Source: Candidatus Omnitrophota bacterium
Lineage (GTDB): Bacteria; Omnitrophota; Gorgyraeia; Ghiorseimicrobiales; Ghiorseimicrobiaceae
Reading direction: 5' to 3'
DNA length: 64,000 bases
Assembly (NCBI GenBank): GCA_030681595.1
Contig: JAUXSB010000037.1
Span: 133,708-197,707 of the forward strand
Each line of letters opens with the position of its first letter. The stretch's first letter is position 1. This document shows positions 53,457 through 63,468 of this stretch, piece after piece. The notes below the pieces were generated by a model that saw nothing but the letters and a program-made list of their open reading frames with translations, was not told the origin of the DNA and did not search any database. The position numbers and the translations under genes were made by a program.

Positions 53457-54095
53457 TTACGGTGTAAGCGTAATCGTTACCACGCCGCTGTAAAGACCAG
53501 CTTGTTTATCCGCACCAACAGGAACAACTCCCGTGTTATCCGGTTTTAAAGGATTACCGGTGCCAATCCCGTAATAGATTCTCATCCAACCCGGAGAAAT
53601 AGCGGTCTTGGTATATGCTTTACCAGTCATCGCAGCAGCGTAGCTTACCGCGCCGCCTGTTAACGGAGTATCGGTTGTGCTAGTTCCGCTTCCCGTTACT
53701 TTCACAAAAGTAGCATTGATGTTATTGTTTAGGTTGTTAATTCCATTGGCAATGCTTGTTCCGGTCTGCGTGAGCGTCCAAACTGTTCCGGTATTATCGG
53801 TAACTCCGATATCCACGGCGTAGTAAATCGCAGGTGACGGGACAAAGATTTTATTTACAGTGTCGTAAACTAAAGTGCCAAAGGCCATCGGTGAAAGAGC
53901 TGGCAAGGCTAGCCACGTATCTGCTGCGCCGCCAGTACCTACAGTAACTTTAGAAATACCTACGCTCAACGAACTGGAAACCGATTGAACGGTAGCAGTT
54001 ACATTGATGGTCTGTGAAACTGCGGCAAAAGAAACCGCGCACAGTGTTAATACCATAACTACAGCCATAATCGTTGTAAATAGCTTAGTTTTCAT
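53457..54095 (-). CDS. SCPU-domain/Csu-type fimbrial-subunit-like secreted protein
   Basis: Signal peptide, T/G/V-rich beta strands, and a C-terminal ...AGLYSGVVTITLTP motif like the SCPU (spore-coat-U/Csu pilin) terminus. 212 aa. Confidence 0.4.
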   Translation of the reverse strand: MKTKLFTTIMAVVMVLTLCAVSFAAVSQTINVTATVQSVSSSLSVGISKVTVGTGGAADTWLALPALSPMAFGTLVYDTVNKIFVPSPAIYYAVDIGVTDNTGTVWTLTQTGTSIANGINNLNNNINATFVKVTGSGTSTTDTPLTGGAVSYAAAMTGKAYTKTAISPGWMRIYYGIGTGNPLKPDNTGVVPVGADKQAGLYSGVVTITLTP

Positions 54096-54136
54096 TATGA
54101 TTCACCCCCTTTCCTATGAATTTTTGAAATTTTTCC

Positions 54137-54177
54137 GTGTTTAATCTGTGTAATCTGCTTTTAACTTAGTGTAATCG
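54137..54177 (-). promoter_or_regulatory. GATTACAC direct-repeat boxes (minus strand: GATTACAC-N14-GATTACACAGATTAAACAC)
   Basis: Lies 40-80 nt upstream of the SCPU-like gene. The same GATTACACAGATTAAA core recurs at 58405-58420. Confidence 0.4.
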
Positions 54178-54180
54178 TTT

Positions 54181-55605
54181 TTATATCTCCAATAAAGAAT
54201 AAGTAATCCGCGTAGAGTAATCCCCGGCCTTTAAATCTTTAGGACATTCTAATTCATAAATAATCTTAAATTTGTCAGGGGAGCCTTGATTGTCAGAGCT
54301 GAAGAGAATAGCGTCTCCTTTTTTGACAACTCCTTTATCGGAAAACCTCAAGTTTCCTTTTGTATTGATACTTTCTGTGCGTAGGTGAAAATAATCATTA
54401 GGTATAGTATTGCCCTGTTTGTCGGTTAAGTCGGAAAGCACGTTCTGGGTTATCTGGTATGGCTTGGCTAAATTTGTCTTTACCTCTATGGTTACCTCAT
54501 TTATCCGGGGAGGAGTCTCGGCTTTTAAATCCGTAAAAGCTATGCCCCAGCCTGTTTCCGAGGTAATTTCTAAGTCAAAGATTTTATCGTTCTCAACTTG
54601 AAGATGTAATGTTTCAAGCAGGCCGCTTTCGATATTACCTGTGCCCTCAAGGATATATTTTATTTTTGTAGCATATTTTCCGGGTTTTTCTGATGAGATA
54701 TCGCTAAGTACATAGCTAACCACGAAATTATCGCTTGCTCCATCCGGGCTTGAGCTATAAATTAGCTGTTCTTTCTTTGTCAGCACCGTCGGCTCAAGTA
54801 CAGCAACACCTTTTTTGTTTTCGCTAACCGCAAAACTCACTACTTCTAACGGCAACTCTATTCCTTCGTTGGACATAAGCGCTTCAGAAATGACTTGGGC
54901 AATTTTAAATTGCCTACCTAAACCGCCGATTATCTGAAAAGAAACTTCAAAACTGTGCTTTTGCGCATCTGCCTGTTTTAAGAAAACATTTTTTGAGCTA
55001 TCCTGAGTCTGGATTTTTATCGCTCCCTCTTGGGAGATTTCTACGAAGATATTTAGAATTAACGTACTTGATGATACTCCTGATTCTATCGGCTCTAAAG
55101 TGTAACTTATCCTTCCACGGTAGGAGCCGGCAGCTATATTTTCCGGAATAAGGCGGTATGCCAACTGGAATGAGTCTTGAGCGCCTTGTGGGTTAGATGT
55201 GTAGATAACGGTTCTGTTAGGACTTATGGGTATTTCATTAATAACTGAAAGGGTTCCATAGGTATTTGTTCCGCGGATAGCATAGACAAGCAGGTCTCCG
55301 TAAGGGATTTCCGCGCCGGTTTCATCGGCAAGCGGTTCTAATATTTGCTGGATAACTCTGTATTGCTTAGCAATGTCAGTAGTAGCTCTAACCGTAACTT
55401 CTTTATTCAGCGGGGGTTGGTTTTTTGCGGAAATGTTGCCGAATCGTATATCTTGTCCGCCCTCAAAAGGAGTAACAGATATACTAAAAGCGGCAAAAGA
55501 TTTACCGGCAGTTATAGTTAAAATAACCAGGAGAAAGGTTAAAAAAGGATAAATTTTTGTAGGTAGGGTATTTTTCTCTTTCATCTCGGGATGCCTTTCA
55601 AACAT
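54181..55605 (-). CDS. Secreted protein with three internal ~95-aa repeats
   Basis: Three paralogous segments (AKQYRVIQQILEPL...; LGRQFKIAQVISEAL...; LAKPYQITQNVLSDL...), each ending in a (S/T)Y.L motif. The first ATG overlaps a -10-like hexamer, so the likely start is the second Met at 55584 (MKEKNTLPTKIYPFLTFLLVIL). Confidence 0.45.
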   Translation of the reverse strand: MFERHPEMKEKNTLPTKIYPFLTFLLVILTITAGKSFAAFSISVTPFEGGQDIRFGNISAKNQPPLNKEVTVRATTDIAKQYRVIQQILEPLADETGAEIPYGDLLVYAIRGTNTYGTLSVINEIPISPNRTVIYTSNPQGAQDSFQLAYRLIPENIAAGSYRGRISYTLEPIESGVSSSTLILNIFVEISQEGAIKIQTQDSSKNVFLKQADAQKHSFEVSFQIIGGLGRQFKIAQVISEALMSNEGIELPLEVVSFAVSENKKGVAVLEPTVLTKKEQLIYSSSPDGASDNFVVSYVLSDISSEKPGKYATKIKYILEGTGNIESGLLETLHLQVENDKIFDLEITSETGWGIAFTDLKAETPPRINEVTIEVKTNLAKPYQITQNVLSDLTDKQGNTIPNDYFHLRTESINTKGNLRFSDKGVVKKGDAILFSSDNQGSPDKFKIIYELECPKDLKAGDYSTRITYSLLEI

Positions 55606-55632
55606 GATAATCCTTTTTCAAGGATTTGTCAA
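55604..55632 (-). promoter_or_regulatory. Candidate sigma70 promoter TTGACA-17-TATCAT (minus strand), flanked by the inverted repeat CGGGATGC/GCATCCCG
   Basis: Perfect -35 with 17-nt spacer. The -10 overlaps the first in-frame ATG of the downstream ORF. Confidence 0.35.
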
Positions 55633-55856
55633 TGGATTTGTGTTTCTCAACACATCTCCCGCATCCCGTTAACTTCGGAATCCGTGGCGCGGATTTTATT
55701 TGATTGCTCTGACCCTTTGAGCAAATAAAGTATAACATACTAATTTATAATGTCAATATATTTTTTACTACCTAAAGAAAACGCTTTCTTTTATAACTTA
55801 GGACTATAACTTAATGCATTCCAACAGGTTTTAGCTAAACACTTTACTATTTATTC

Positions 55857-57611
55857 TTATTGTCCAAAACAATAGAGACTGCTATTTTCACAAACATAAA
55901 CATTACCATTGTAAATGAACGGCTCACCAAAACCAAAAGTACTAAAATAAGTGTAATTCCATTTTAGAGCGCCAGTTTTAGCATCAAGAACAGTAAAATA
56001 TGATCCTGAAACAAAAGCAAGCCCGTTCGATATACCTATGCCGGCATAGCTTGGGGTAGACCATTTAATAGCACCGGTATTAGCGTCAAAAGCTTGTAAA
56101 CCCCGGCCTCCATTGTTAACATTAGCATAGACTATCCCATCAGCAACTGCAACCATATTTACATCGATGTGGTTTGTGTTTTTCCACTTTAGCGATCCGG
56201 TATTGGCATCTAAGGCACATAATGCTCCATCCCGTGTACCGTTCCCTTCGGTGCCAAAATAAACCATCCCATTAGCTATGGAAATCCCACTCACATGTTT
56301 ATTAACTTCAGGAATGATGTATCTCCATTTTAATACCCCAGTTACGGCGTCCAAAGCACATACATTATAATTACCAAGGGAGCTTGACCAGCCGTCTCCT
56401 ACATAAACCACGCCGTTGGATATTGCGCAATGTGTGGTAAATCCAAACTGAGAAGGGCTAGCGTAAACCCATTTCAGTGTGCCGGTAATAGCGTCTAGAG
56501 CATAGAGTTTTGTTCCTATGGGGACGTAAGCAACGTTGTTAAAAACAGCCACATTGCTATAATCAGCCGAAGTTCGATTTTTGGTGTCGTATTTCCATTT
56601 TAAAACACCTGTATTGGCATCAAAAGCAAACAATACATTTGGATATGTCGCTCCGTTATCTACACTAGCGACTCCAGTCACATATAAGACTCCCCCTGCA
56701 ACAGTGGGAGTCTTATCATCAAGATATTCGTAGGTGGCTTGAGAATAGCTCCATTTCAGAAGTCCTGTAGTTGCATTTATGGCAAGAAGTTTACCATTGC
56801 CGTAGCCATAGATATAAGCAACATTATTCGCTATAATTGGCGGTTGACTCAAATATGTGCCTGTATTATACGTCCATTTTAGTTTTAGTGGAAAGATCGT
56901 CGGACCATTAGGATAGCTTCCTGTCCTTCCTAAATCATATTTCCACATTGTTCCGTCTGACGAGGCAAGTACGGGAAGGGTAAAATTCTTAGCATTGCTT
57001 GTAATCCCCGCTACATAGACGCTAATGGAAAGTGTTCCGCCGGCTACTCCCGAAGGAACATAGACCTTAATCTGGGTATTGGTCCATGAATAGTAACTGG
57101 TTACTTGCGTATTTCCAAATTTGACATAGCTACTGCCGCGGCTCGCTCCAAAGCCAAAACCATTGATGGTAACTAAAGTGGTTAAATTACCCGAGGCAGG
57201 CGATATGCTTGCAACATAAGGAGCGGAAATTACCTAAATGGTATAATTTGTAGAGGGGCTTAAAGCGCCGTATGCGGCAATGTGCAAGGGGTTAGAAACA
57301 GCTTGCCCGTACCAGATTTTGTCTAATGACAGGCCGGTATTTTTGCTGCTCGCCTTAAGGCTGAAATTATTATCCAAAAGATATAGGTCGCTATTCCCTG
57401 TAAGCGGTGCCAAAATCGCGCAATAACCTTTACCGGCAATCGCGCTAAATCCATACCATTGTGTTTGTTGATAGGGAACGTTACCGGTACTAGGCGAAAC
57501 ATCCGTTAATAATGCTGTCTCGATAGCCGAATAAGCGGGTATTACAATGAAAAAACTTAATACGAGTATTAAGATAACTAAAGCCGGTTTCAGGAATTGT
57601 TTTTTAAACAT
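55857..57611 (-). pseudogene. Signal-peptide / IPT-TIG / PQQ beta-propeller protein interrupted by an in-frame TAG (57234-57236)
   Basis: ORF 57234-57611 (signal peptide plus N-domain) and ORF 55857-56948 (PQQ repeats) share one frame. The 285 nt between them translate without stops into an IPT/TIG-like domain (VISAPYVASISPASGNLTTLVTINGFGFGASRGSSYVKFGNTQV...). No RBS or start precedes the second part. Confidence 0.45.
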
Positions 57612-57642
57612 AGCCGCCTCCCTTTTTTTGCGCTCCTTTAAT

Positions 57643-58260
57643 CTAATTTAAATTGACTGGATACTCTAACTTTTTCTTTACGGTTGTGACAAATTCACTA
57701 ATCGCGAAAGGCTTATAGATGCAGTCTGTAATATTTAACCGGTCAGCTTTTTCTTCGGCTGTCGTATCCATATATCCGGTGATAAGGATTTCTTGCGGCA
57801 AGGCTTGTTGAGATTTACAATAAAAGTCCCTGATTTTTTCTATGGTATCAACACCATCCATTCCGGGCATTCTAATATCCATGATAATCAAGTCAAAGGC
57901 CGATCGTTTTACTTTTTCCAACGCCTCTTCGCCGCTTTTGGCTGATTCACTATCATAGCCGAAGGCTTTTAACAGTTTTGTAATTGACTTTAGCACAAGC
58001 TGGTCATCGTCAACAATCAAGATATGTTTAAGGTCAGGCTCGGTTTCTTTACCTTCTGTTAACGGCTCATCCGGAGACGGATTAATAAATCCCGATTCTT
58101 TCATGGTAAGCCATTTATCTAAACTGGATTTACGAAATCGTAGTTGTTTACCGATTTTTACTGAAGGAATTTTTCCTGTTTCGGAAAGTTTATAGAGCGT
58201 GCTTTTAGAGATGTTTAGATGCGCGGAAACTTCATTTAACGTGAAAAACTCATTTTCCAT
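57643..58260 (-). CDS. Response regulator with reversed architecture: N-terminal HTH_17 DNA-binding domain plus C-terminal receiver domain
   Basis: LNEVSAHLNISKSTLYKLSETGKIPSVKIGKQLRFRKSSLDKWL is the HTH. Then ILIVDDDQLVLKSI...DLIIMDIRMPGMDG is the REC domain with its phospho-Asp. 205 aa. Confidence 0.65.
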   Translation of the reverse strand: MENEFFTLNEVSAHLNISKSTLYKLSETGKIPSVKIGKQLRFRKSSLDKWLTMKESGFINPSPDEPLTEGKETEPDLKHILIVDDDQLVLKSITKLLKAFGYDSESAKSGEEALEKVKRSAFDLIIMDIRMPGMDGVDTIEKIRDFYCKSQQALPQEILITGYMDTTAEEKADRLNITDCIYKPFAISEFVTTVKKKLEYPVNLN

Positions 58261-58384
58261 ATCGTGCGGATTTATAGCAGTTTTTATCCACTTTTTACAG
58301 ATTTTAGTTTAACTAAAATATAGTGGTTTGTCAAGCAAAAATTTTGAAGCTTTCCCGAATTTACGCAAGAATCGGCAAGCTTCT

Positions 58385-58432
58385 GATTACGCCGATTAAA
58401 ATTTGATTACACAGATTAAATCTACGGCGTAA
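58385..58432 (+). promoter_or_regulatory. GATTA(C/A) box cluster (GATTAC-GCC-GATTAAAA-TTT-GATTACACAGATTAAATC) bracketed by the inverted repeat TTACGCCG/CGGCGTAA
   Basis: Sits in the divergent intergenic region between the HTH-REC regulator gene and the + strand ORF at 58609. Shares the 16-nt core with 54137-54177. Confidence 0.4.
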
Positions 58433-58608
58433 AATCGGTGCAATCTTCTTAAAGTCTATGTAATCAAGTTCTTTCCGTTTTACGATAAATCTGGGAAAGA
58501 ACTTAAAATTTTCCTTGACCCGCCACAAAGATTGGCGAGGTCTGTGGAAAATTGTGAAAACAATTTTCCTTGACTTATCTATCAGCTCGCATATAATAAA
58601 CTAGTATT

Positions 58609-59067
58609 ATGGATAATCAAACCCAAGAAAAAAATCCCGGCACTCTTTCGGCAATAGATAAGCCGCCGAGGAAACCTTTTAAGGTGGTTAAATACGCCAT
58701 CATCCTTCTCCTCGGGGTTTTCGCGGCGAAGTTTTTATTCTCTTTTTTAGATGCTAGGTTATCGGAACAAAAAAAAGCGCAAAAACCTCGCCAGAAAAGT
58801 ACTATAAACACGGCCGAGAAAGTTATCGCGCCGCCACCTCCTTTAAAGAAGGTGATCGTCGAGCGTATAAAACCCACGGAAAAGACAATCCCTCCGGAAT
58901 TGGTATTAAACGGCATTGCTGCCAGCGGCTCTGACGGTTGGGCGATTATTGATGATAGAGTCGTTAAGGCGGGTGATACGATTAAAGGAGCCGAAGTTGT
59001 GGGGATTTACGCTGACCGCGTAGACTTAAAGTTTGAAGGCGGAACCTTTTCTCTTTCAATTAAGTAA
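58609..59067 (+). CDS. Membrane-anchored protein with C-terminal GspC-HR/PilP-like beta domain
   Basis: One TM helix, a Pro-rich linker, then LVLNGIAASGSDGWAIIDDRVVKAGDTIKGAEVVGIYADRVDLKFEGGTFSL. 152 aa. Weak call. Confidence 0.3.
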   Translation: MDNQTQEKNPGTLSAIDKPPRKPFKVVKYAIILLLGVFAAKFLFSFLDARLSEQKKAQKPRQKSTINTAEKVIAPPPPLKKVIVERIKPTEKTIPPELVLNGIAASGSDGWAIIDDRVVKAGDTIKGAEVVGIYADRVDLKFEGGTFSLSIK

Positions 59068-59084
59068 TTATCTCACCGGAAATC

Positions 59085-60179
59085 TTAGACTAACTTTCTA
59101 ACAGCACTCGTAATTAACCCTGAAGGTATATTTTGTTTGATTAGCGTTTGGCCAATTTGTTTCATTAAGACAAACCTATTTCTGCCCTGGATAAATTTCT
59201 TATCAAAAGTGTGGGCTTTGATTATTTTTTCCAGGTTTAACCCCTTTATCTTTACCGGTAAGCCGATATTGCGCAATAAATTTTTTATTCTGTCTAAAGT
59301 TTTTTCCGGGTTATAAAGCAGGCCTAAAGATGAGGAAATTTCAGCGGCCGCTAACATCCCCAGCCCGACTGCCTGCCCATGGCTATAAGCCTTAAACCCC
59401 CCCGCCGCTTCAATGGCATGCCCTATGGTGTGGCCGAAATTAAGAATCGTCCTTATGCTTTTTGTTTCTTTTTCATCTTGCCCTACTATTTTTGCCTTAA
59501 TTAAAACGCATTTATTAATGATGTACTCAAGGCAGTTTTCATCTAAGCCCAGCGCTTTTTGATAGTTTTTCTCAAGATATTCAAATAGAGCTTTATCTTT
59601 TATCAGGCCGTATTTAATTGCTTCGGCTAAGCCGCAACGTATCTCATTCTTAGGCAGAGTTTGAAGAAAAGATATATCACTAAATACTAACCTTGGCTGA
59701 TAGAAAGCGCCTACAAGGTTTTTTCCGCAGGTTAAATCAATTCCTACTTTTCCCCCTATGCTTGAGTCAATCTGCGCAAGCAGTGTTGTGGGTAGCTGAA
59801 TATACGGGATACCACGTTTGTAGACGCTGGCGACAAAACCCGCCAAGTCCCCTACTACGCCTCCCCCTAAGGCGATGATAAACGGCTGTTTTAGCCTTGC
59901 GTAACGCGAGATCTTATCTATAAGCCTAAAGGCTATGCCTTGAGATTTACTTTTTTCCGAATCAGGCACTGTTTGAAACACGCAGGATATATTGGATTTT
60001 TTTAACGCGCTTATCAATTGGGGGCCGGCTATTTTTTTTACTCGCGGGTTAGTAATAATAATCGCGTCATTTCCAAGCCCAAGCTTTTTAATATGTTTGG
60101 CTAAAGAAGTGGTGATTTTATTGCCGATAATTATTTGATAGCTTCTTTTTCCTAAGTTGACACTTATTGTTTTTGTCAT
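59085..60179 (-). CDS. aroB: 3-dehydroquinate synthase
   Basis: GGGVVGDLAGFVA glycine-rich NAD motif and DHQS metal-binding region. 364 aa. Confidence 0.85.
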   Translation of the reverse strand: MTKTISVNLGKRSYQIIIGNKITTSLAKHIKKLGLGNDAIIITNPRVKKIAGPQLISALKKSNISCVFQTVPDSEKSKSQGIAFRLIDKISRYARLKQPFIIALGGGVVGDLAGFVASVYKRGIPYIQLPTTLLAQIDSSIGGKVGIDLTCGKNLVGAFYQPRLVFSDISFLQTLPKNEIRCGLAEAIKYGLIKDKALFEYLEKNYQKALGLDENCLEYIINKCVLIKAKIVGQDEKETKSIRTILNFGHTIGHAIEAAGGFKAYSHGQAVGLGMLAAAEISSSLGLLYNPEKTLDRIKNLLRNIGLPVKIKGLNLEKIIKAHTFDKKFIQGRNRFVLMKQIGQTLIKQNIPSGLITSAVRKLV

Positions 60180-60769
60180 AGCAAGAGCGCCTTAATTAGA
60201 ATGTTAACGATTGGCCAGACAATAGAGTCAAGTAACCCCAGCCAGATAAGCACGATTAAAATCAGCATTCCGAATTGTTCTAATCTCGCGATTACAAAAG
60301 TCAAATTTCTCGGCAGTAACCCTACAAGTACCCGGGAACCGTCCAGCGGCGGGATAGGGATTAAATTAAAAACAGCAAGAAATAGATTAATAACAACAAA
60401 CAGTTCCAACACCTGCCTAATAAATGGAGAAAATAGCGTCATTTTAAGGATTAAGCTGACTAAGAAGGCTAAAAGAATATTGGATAACGGGCCGGATAAG
60501 CCGACTAATATCATATCCCTTCGGGGGTGTTTAAAATTCCAGAAATTAATCGGAACCGGCTTTGCCCAACCGAAGATGATTGGAGCGCGCATAACCGTAA
60601 GCAGTAAAGGTAATAATACGGTGCCTACAGGGTCGATATGTGCCAGAGGGTTTAAGGTAAGGCGTCCGGCATATTTGGCGGTTGGGTCCCCTAGCTTATA
60701 GGCGCACCAGCCATGGGCGAACTCATGAATTACTACCGCCATAAAAAATATCGCCAGAGATAGGATCAT
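60176..60769 (-). CDS. Site-2 protease family (M50) membrane metalloprotease
   Basis: HEFAHGW (HExxH) in the first TM region. Multi-TM. Confidence 0.7.
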   Translation of the reverse strand: MILSLAIFFMAVVIHEFAHGWCAYKLGDPTAKYAGRLTLNPLAHIDPVGTVLLPLLLTVMRAPIIFGWAKPVPINFWNFKHPRRDMILVGLSGPLSNILLAFLVSLILKMTLFSPFIRQVLELFVVINLFLAVFNLIPIPPLDGSRVLVGLLPRNLTFVIARLEQFGMLILIVLIWLGLLDSIVWPIVNILIKALLL

Positions 60770-61512
60770 TTTACCGGCTCTACTCTATCAACCGCAATAA
60801 GGGAGATTTTTTGGCCGGGGAGTTCAAGGATATTACCGAAAACATTAACGCTGTATCCGGAATAATTATTTAGGAGCTCTTTCTTTTCTGACTTAAGATA
60901 ATAAATGATTTTTCCGTCTTTGATTAATTTATGGCTTCCTCTTCTTTTAAAGAATATGCCCATCGGCTTAAGTATGCCGCTTGCTAAAGGAGTACCCTCT
61001 TTAAGTTCTTTGTCATTTTGAGCAGATTCTTCTATTTTTTCCGGCTCAGGGTTTACCTGCGAATAATAGCCGACAAATTTTTTATGCACCCAGCCAAAAG
61101 TATGCCCTTGGGGCGCTGATATTCCGTACCATCCAGGTTCAGTTTTTATAATTTCGACTTCTAAGCCTTTAGATGCCTGCCCGAGTATATCTGCTTCTTG
61201 CGAAGGAGAAGAGCGCAAATTTACCCTCTCAGCCGCAACAATGCCGTTTTTAACATATTTACGGTTAATAAAACATAAGACGGTTTTGGGCAAGTAGACT
61301 TTATACCAGTCGAACCTTTCGCCGGATACCGTTATTTTAGTTTCCTTTTTAAGCCTTGCCAGAGATTCACTGTTTGTGCTTGCTTGTGAGCGTAAATTAA
61401 TATTATCTGCATTAATATTGCCGATAAACGGGAAGTCTGCCGCATAGGCATTTACAAAGATAGCGCATGCTAAAGAGAGCAAACAGAGAATATTTTTTTC
61501 CAGCTTTGTCAT
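60766..61512 (-). CDS. Secreted protein with two bacterial SH3 (SH3b)-like domains
   Basis: Signal peptide. Two repeats of the ...VNLRS.PS.....LG.A.KG..V.I... pattern. Confidence 0.45.
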   Translation of the reverse strand: MTKLEKNILCLLSLACAIFVNAYAADFPFIGNINADNINLRSQASTNSESLARLKKETKITVSGERFDWYKVYLPKTVLCFINRKYVKNGIVAAERVNLRSSPSQEADILGQASKGLEVEIIKTEPGWYGISAPQGHTFGWVHKKFVGYYSQVNPEPEKIEESAQNDKELKEGTPLASGILKPMGIFFKRRGSHKLIKDGKIIYYLKSEKKELLNNYSGYSVNVFGNILELPGQKISLIAVDRVEPVK

Positions 61513-61790
61513 TTTTTCGCTCCGGCGGTAGACTTGGCTCCCGCAGCTGGCTTGGCTCCCGCAGATGGCGTAGCAGCGGCTCCTGCAGCACCTTCGGCGA
61601 CTGGCGTTACTTTTGCCTTCTCTTTTTTAAATTTGATTCTTATAGTCTTGATTTTAGGCAGGCCGACAACAGAGTCGCCTTCTTTCCATAGGTTTTTATC
61701 CATAAGGTACTTGATTCTTTCAATGCGTTTTAATACTGTTCTTTGTTTTCTTGTTTTTCCTAATGACTTTAACGATGGATGCAGAGACAT
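61509..61790 (-). CDS. Small basic protein-like (Ala/Gly/Lys-rich tail)
   Basis: MSLHPSLKSLGKTRKQRTVLKRIERI... N-terminus is reminiscent of the 'small basic protein' family. C-terminal low-complexity AGAK repeats. Weak call. Confidence 0.3.
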   Translation of the reverse strand: MSLHPSLKSLGKTRKQRTVLKRIERIKYLMDKNLWKEGDSVVGLPKIKTIRIKFKKEKAKVTPVAEGAAGAAATPSAGAKPAAGAKSTAGAKK

Positions 61791-61822
61791 TTTTATTCCT
61801 TTCTTATTTTTTTATTTTGTTT

Positions 61823-62392
61823 TTAAAGTTTACGGATAAGACAATCGCCGTAGATCCGTTTTAATTGCTTAAGGCTTAACTGGGCAGTATCCTTATTTTC
61901 AAATGAACCGACACAAACAATTACAAATTTATTTTTCGCTAATAAATATGCCTGAAAACCTTTCTTTCCCAAGGTTGTTTTTTCCTTTTCGGCAAGCGCC
62001 CTGTTTTTAAAAGAAGCTACCTGTACAGTATAGGCATTTTCCACATCCAACTTTTCATCTCGGCCTAAATCCTGCGGAGCGTTTTTCCCTTCTTTTTTAT
62101 CGACGGGCGTAGCGATTATCTTAACCGTAGGCTCCGGTAAGGCATTAGCGTGGCTTAGGGGGGCTTTAAGCGTTATATTTTTATTTTCGCCCAGGTTTAT
62201 TTTCTTGCCTTTTTCTATGCCTAAGGCGTAAGAAGCGATAAAAATAACAATGAAACAAATGCCTAAAATTATATTTTTTTCGTAAGCAGCGATTTTTTCA
62301 AAAAAAGCTCCCGAAGGATTCCTTACTGCGGTCTTTTCATTATCAGCCGCGGAAAAAAGCTCTAATTGCGCAGGTTTTGCTTTCGTAAACAT
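61823..62392 (-). CDS. SPOR-domain protein
   Basis: TM helix plus C-terminal SPOR-like YTVQVASFKNRALAEKEKTTLGKKGFQAYL. Confidence 0.6.
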   Translation of the reverse strand: MFTKAKPAQLELFSAADNEKTAVRNPSGAFFEKIAAYEKNIILGICFIVIFIASYALGIEKGKKINLGENKNITLKAPLSHANALPEPTVKIIATPVDKKEGKNAPQDLGRDEKLDVENAYTVQVASFKNRALAEKEKTTLGKKGFQAYLLAKNKFVIVCVGSFENKDTAQLSLKQLKRIYGDCLIRKL

Positions 62393-62412
62393 ATATGTAT
62401 TATATTTACTAA

Positions 62413-63468
62413 CTATTTTAACTGCAAGTATTTTTTTGATTTTTTAGCCAACCTTAAAAAGGAGTCTACAACTTCCGGGTCAAACTGCGTACCTTTATAT
62501 TTTTCTATTTCCCCAATCGCCTCCTTTATGCTGATTCGTTCCCTGTAGGGCCGGCCGTAAACCATTGCTTCAAAAGCATCTGCCACTGCCATAATACGGG
62601 CGCCGATAGGAATCTGGCCTTTTTTTAATCCGGAAGGATATCCTGTGCCGTCATATTTTTCATGGTGATGCATAATTATCGGTAATGCCGGGCGGAGTAC
62701 CTGTAAATGCTTGATAATTTCAACGCCCTTTAATGGATGATCTTTAATAATATTGAACTCTTGGCAGGTTAGTTTTTCCGGTTTAGCGAGTATCTCAGAA
62801 GGGATATTAATCTTTCCGGCATCATGTAAAAGAGTCGCATATTCTAAGCTGCATATTTCTTCTTCGCCTAAATGCATTTCTCGGGCGAGTGAAAGGACAA
62901 GGCGTAAAAAATTAGAAGTATGGGTGTAGCCGCGGGCGGAGCGGATATCCAAAAGCGTAACCAAAGACTTAATGCTTCCCATGATTGTCCTTTGCTGTTC
63001 TTCATACAGCTGCAGGTTCCTTATCGCCATTATCGCTTGAGATGAAATATTAAGGAGTATCTCCTGGTCAAATTGTTCAAAAGGCTCGGTTTTTTTACTC
63101 CGCCGCATGATTATAATACCCATGAGGTCTTCTCCGATCAAAGGAATACCAATAATGTTTCCATTATATGTAGCGCTTCCGGAGCGGATAATTTTTAGCT
63201 CAAGGCGGTTGGTAATTGAAATACGTTTATTAATTACGCATCTTTTTCTCGGAGTAACTACCGCTCTTAGGTAAGAATATTTTTTTATAGGGTCAAGCAG
63301 GGCAATGGAACAATAATCTACAGACATAATCTGGCTGGTTAGGCGCGCAAGGCGTAAAAGCAGGTTTTTTAAATCAAAGGTGGAGTTAATAAGGCGATAG
63401 ACAGCATGCATTGCCGCAAAAGCCGTCTTATACTTTTTCATAAGGATCGAATAATTTTTTATACTCAT
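62413..63468 (-). CDS. GAF-domain plus HD-GYP phosphodiesterase
   Basis: HD motif (LLHDAGKI) and HHEKYDGTGYPSGL (GYP motif), preceded by a GAF-like domain. 351 aa. Confidence 0.75.
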   Translation of the reverse strand: MSIKNYSILMKKYKTAFAAMHAVYRLINSTFDLKNLLLRLARLTSQIMSVDYCSIALLDPIKKYSYLRAVVTPRKRCVINKRISITNRLELKIIRSGSATYNGNIIGIPLIGEDLMGIIIMRRSKKTEPFEQFDQEILLNISSQAIMAIRNLQLYEEQQRTIMGSIKSLVTLLDIRSARGYTHTSNFLRLVLSLAREMHLGEEEICSLEYATLLHDAGKINIPSEILAKPEKLTCQEFNIIKDHPLKGVEIIKHLQVLRPALPIIMHHHEKYDGTGYPSGLKKGQIPIGARIMAVADAFEAMVYGRPYRERISIKEAIGEIEKYKGTQFDPEVVDSFLRLAKKSKKYLQLK

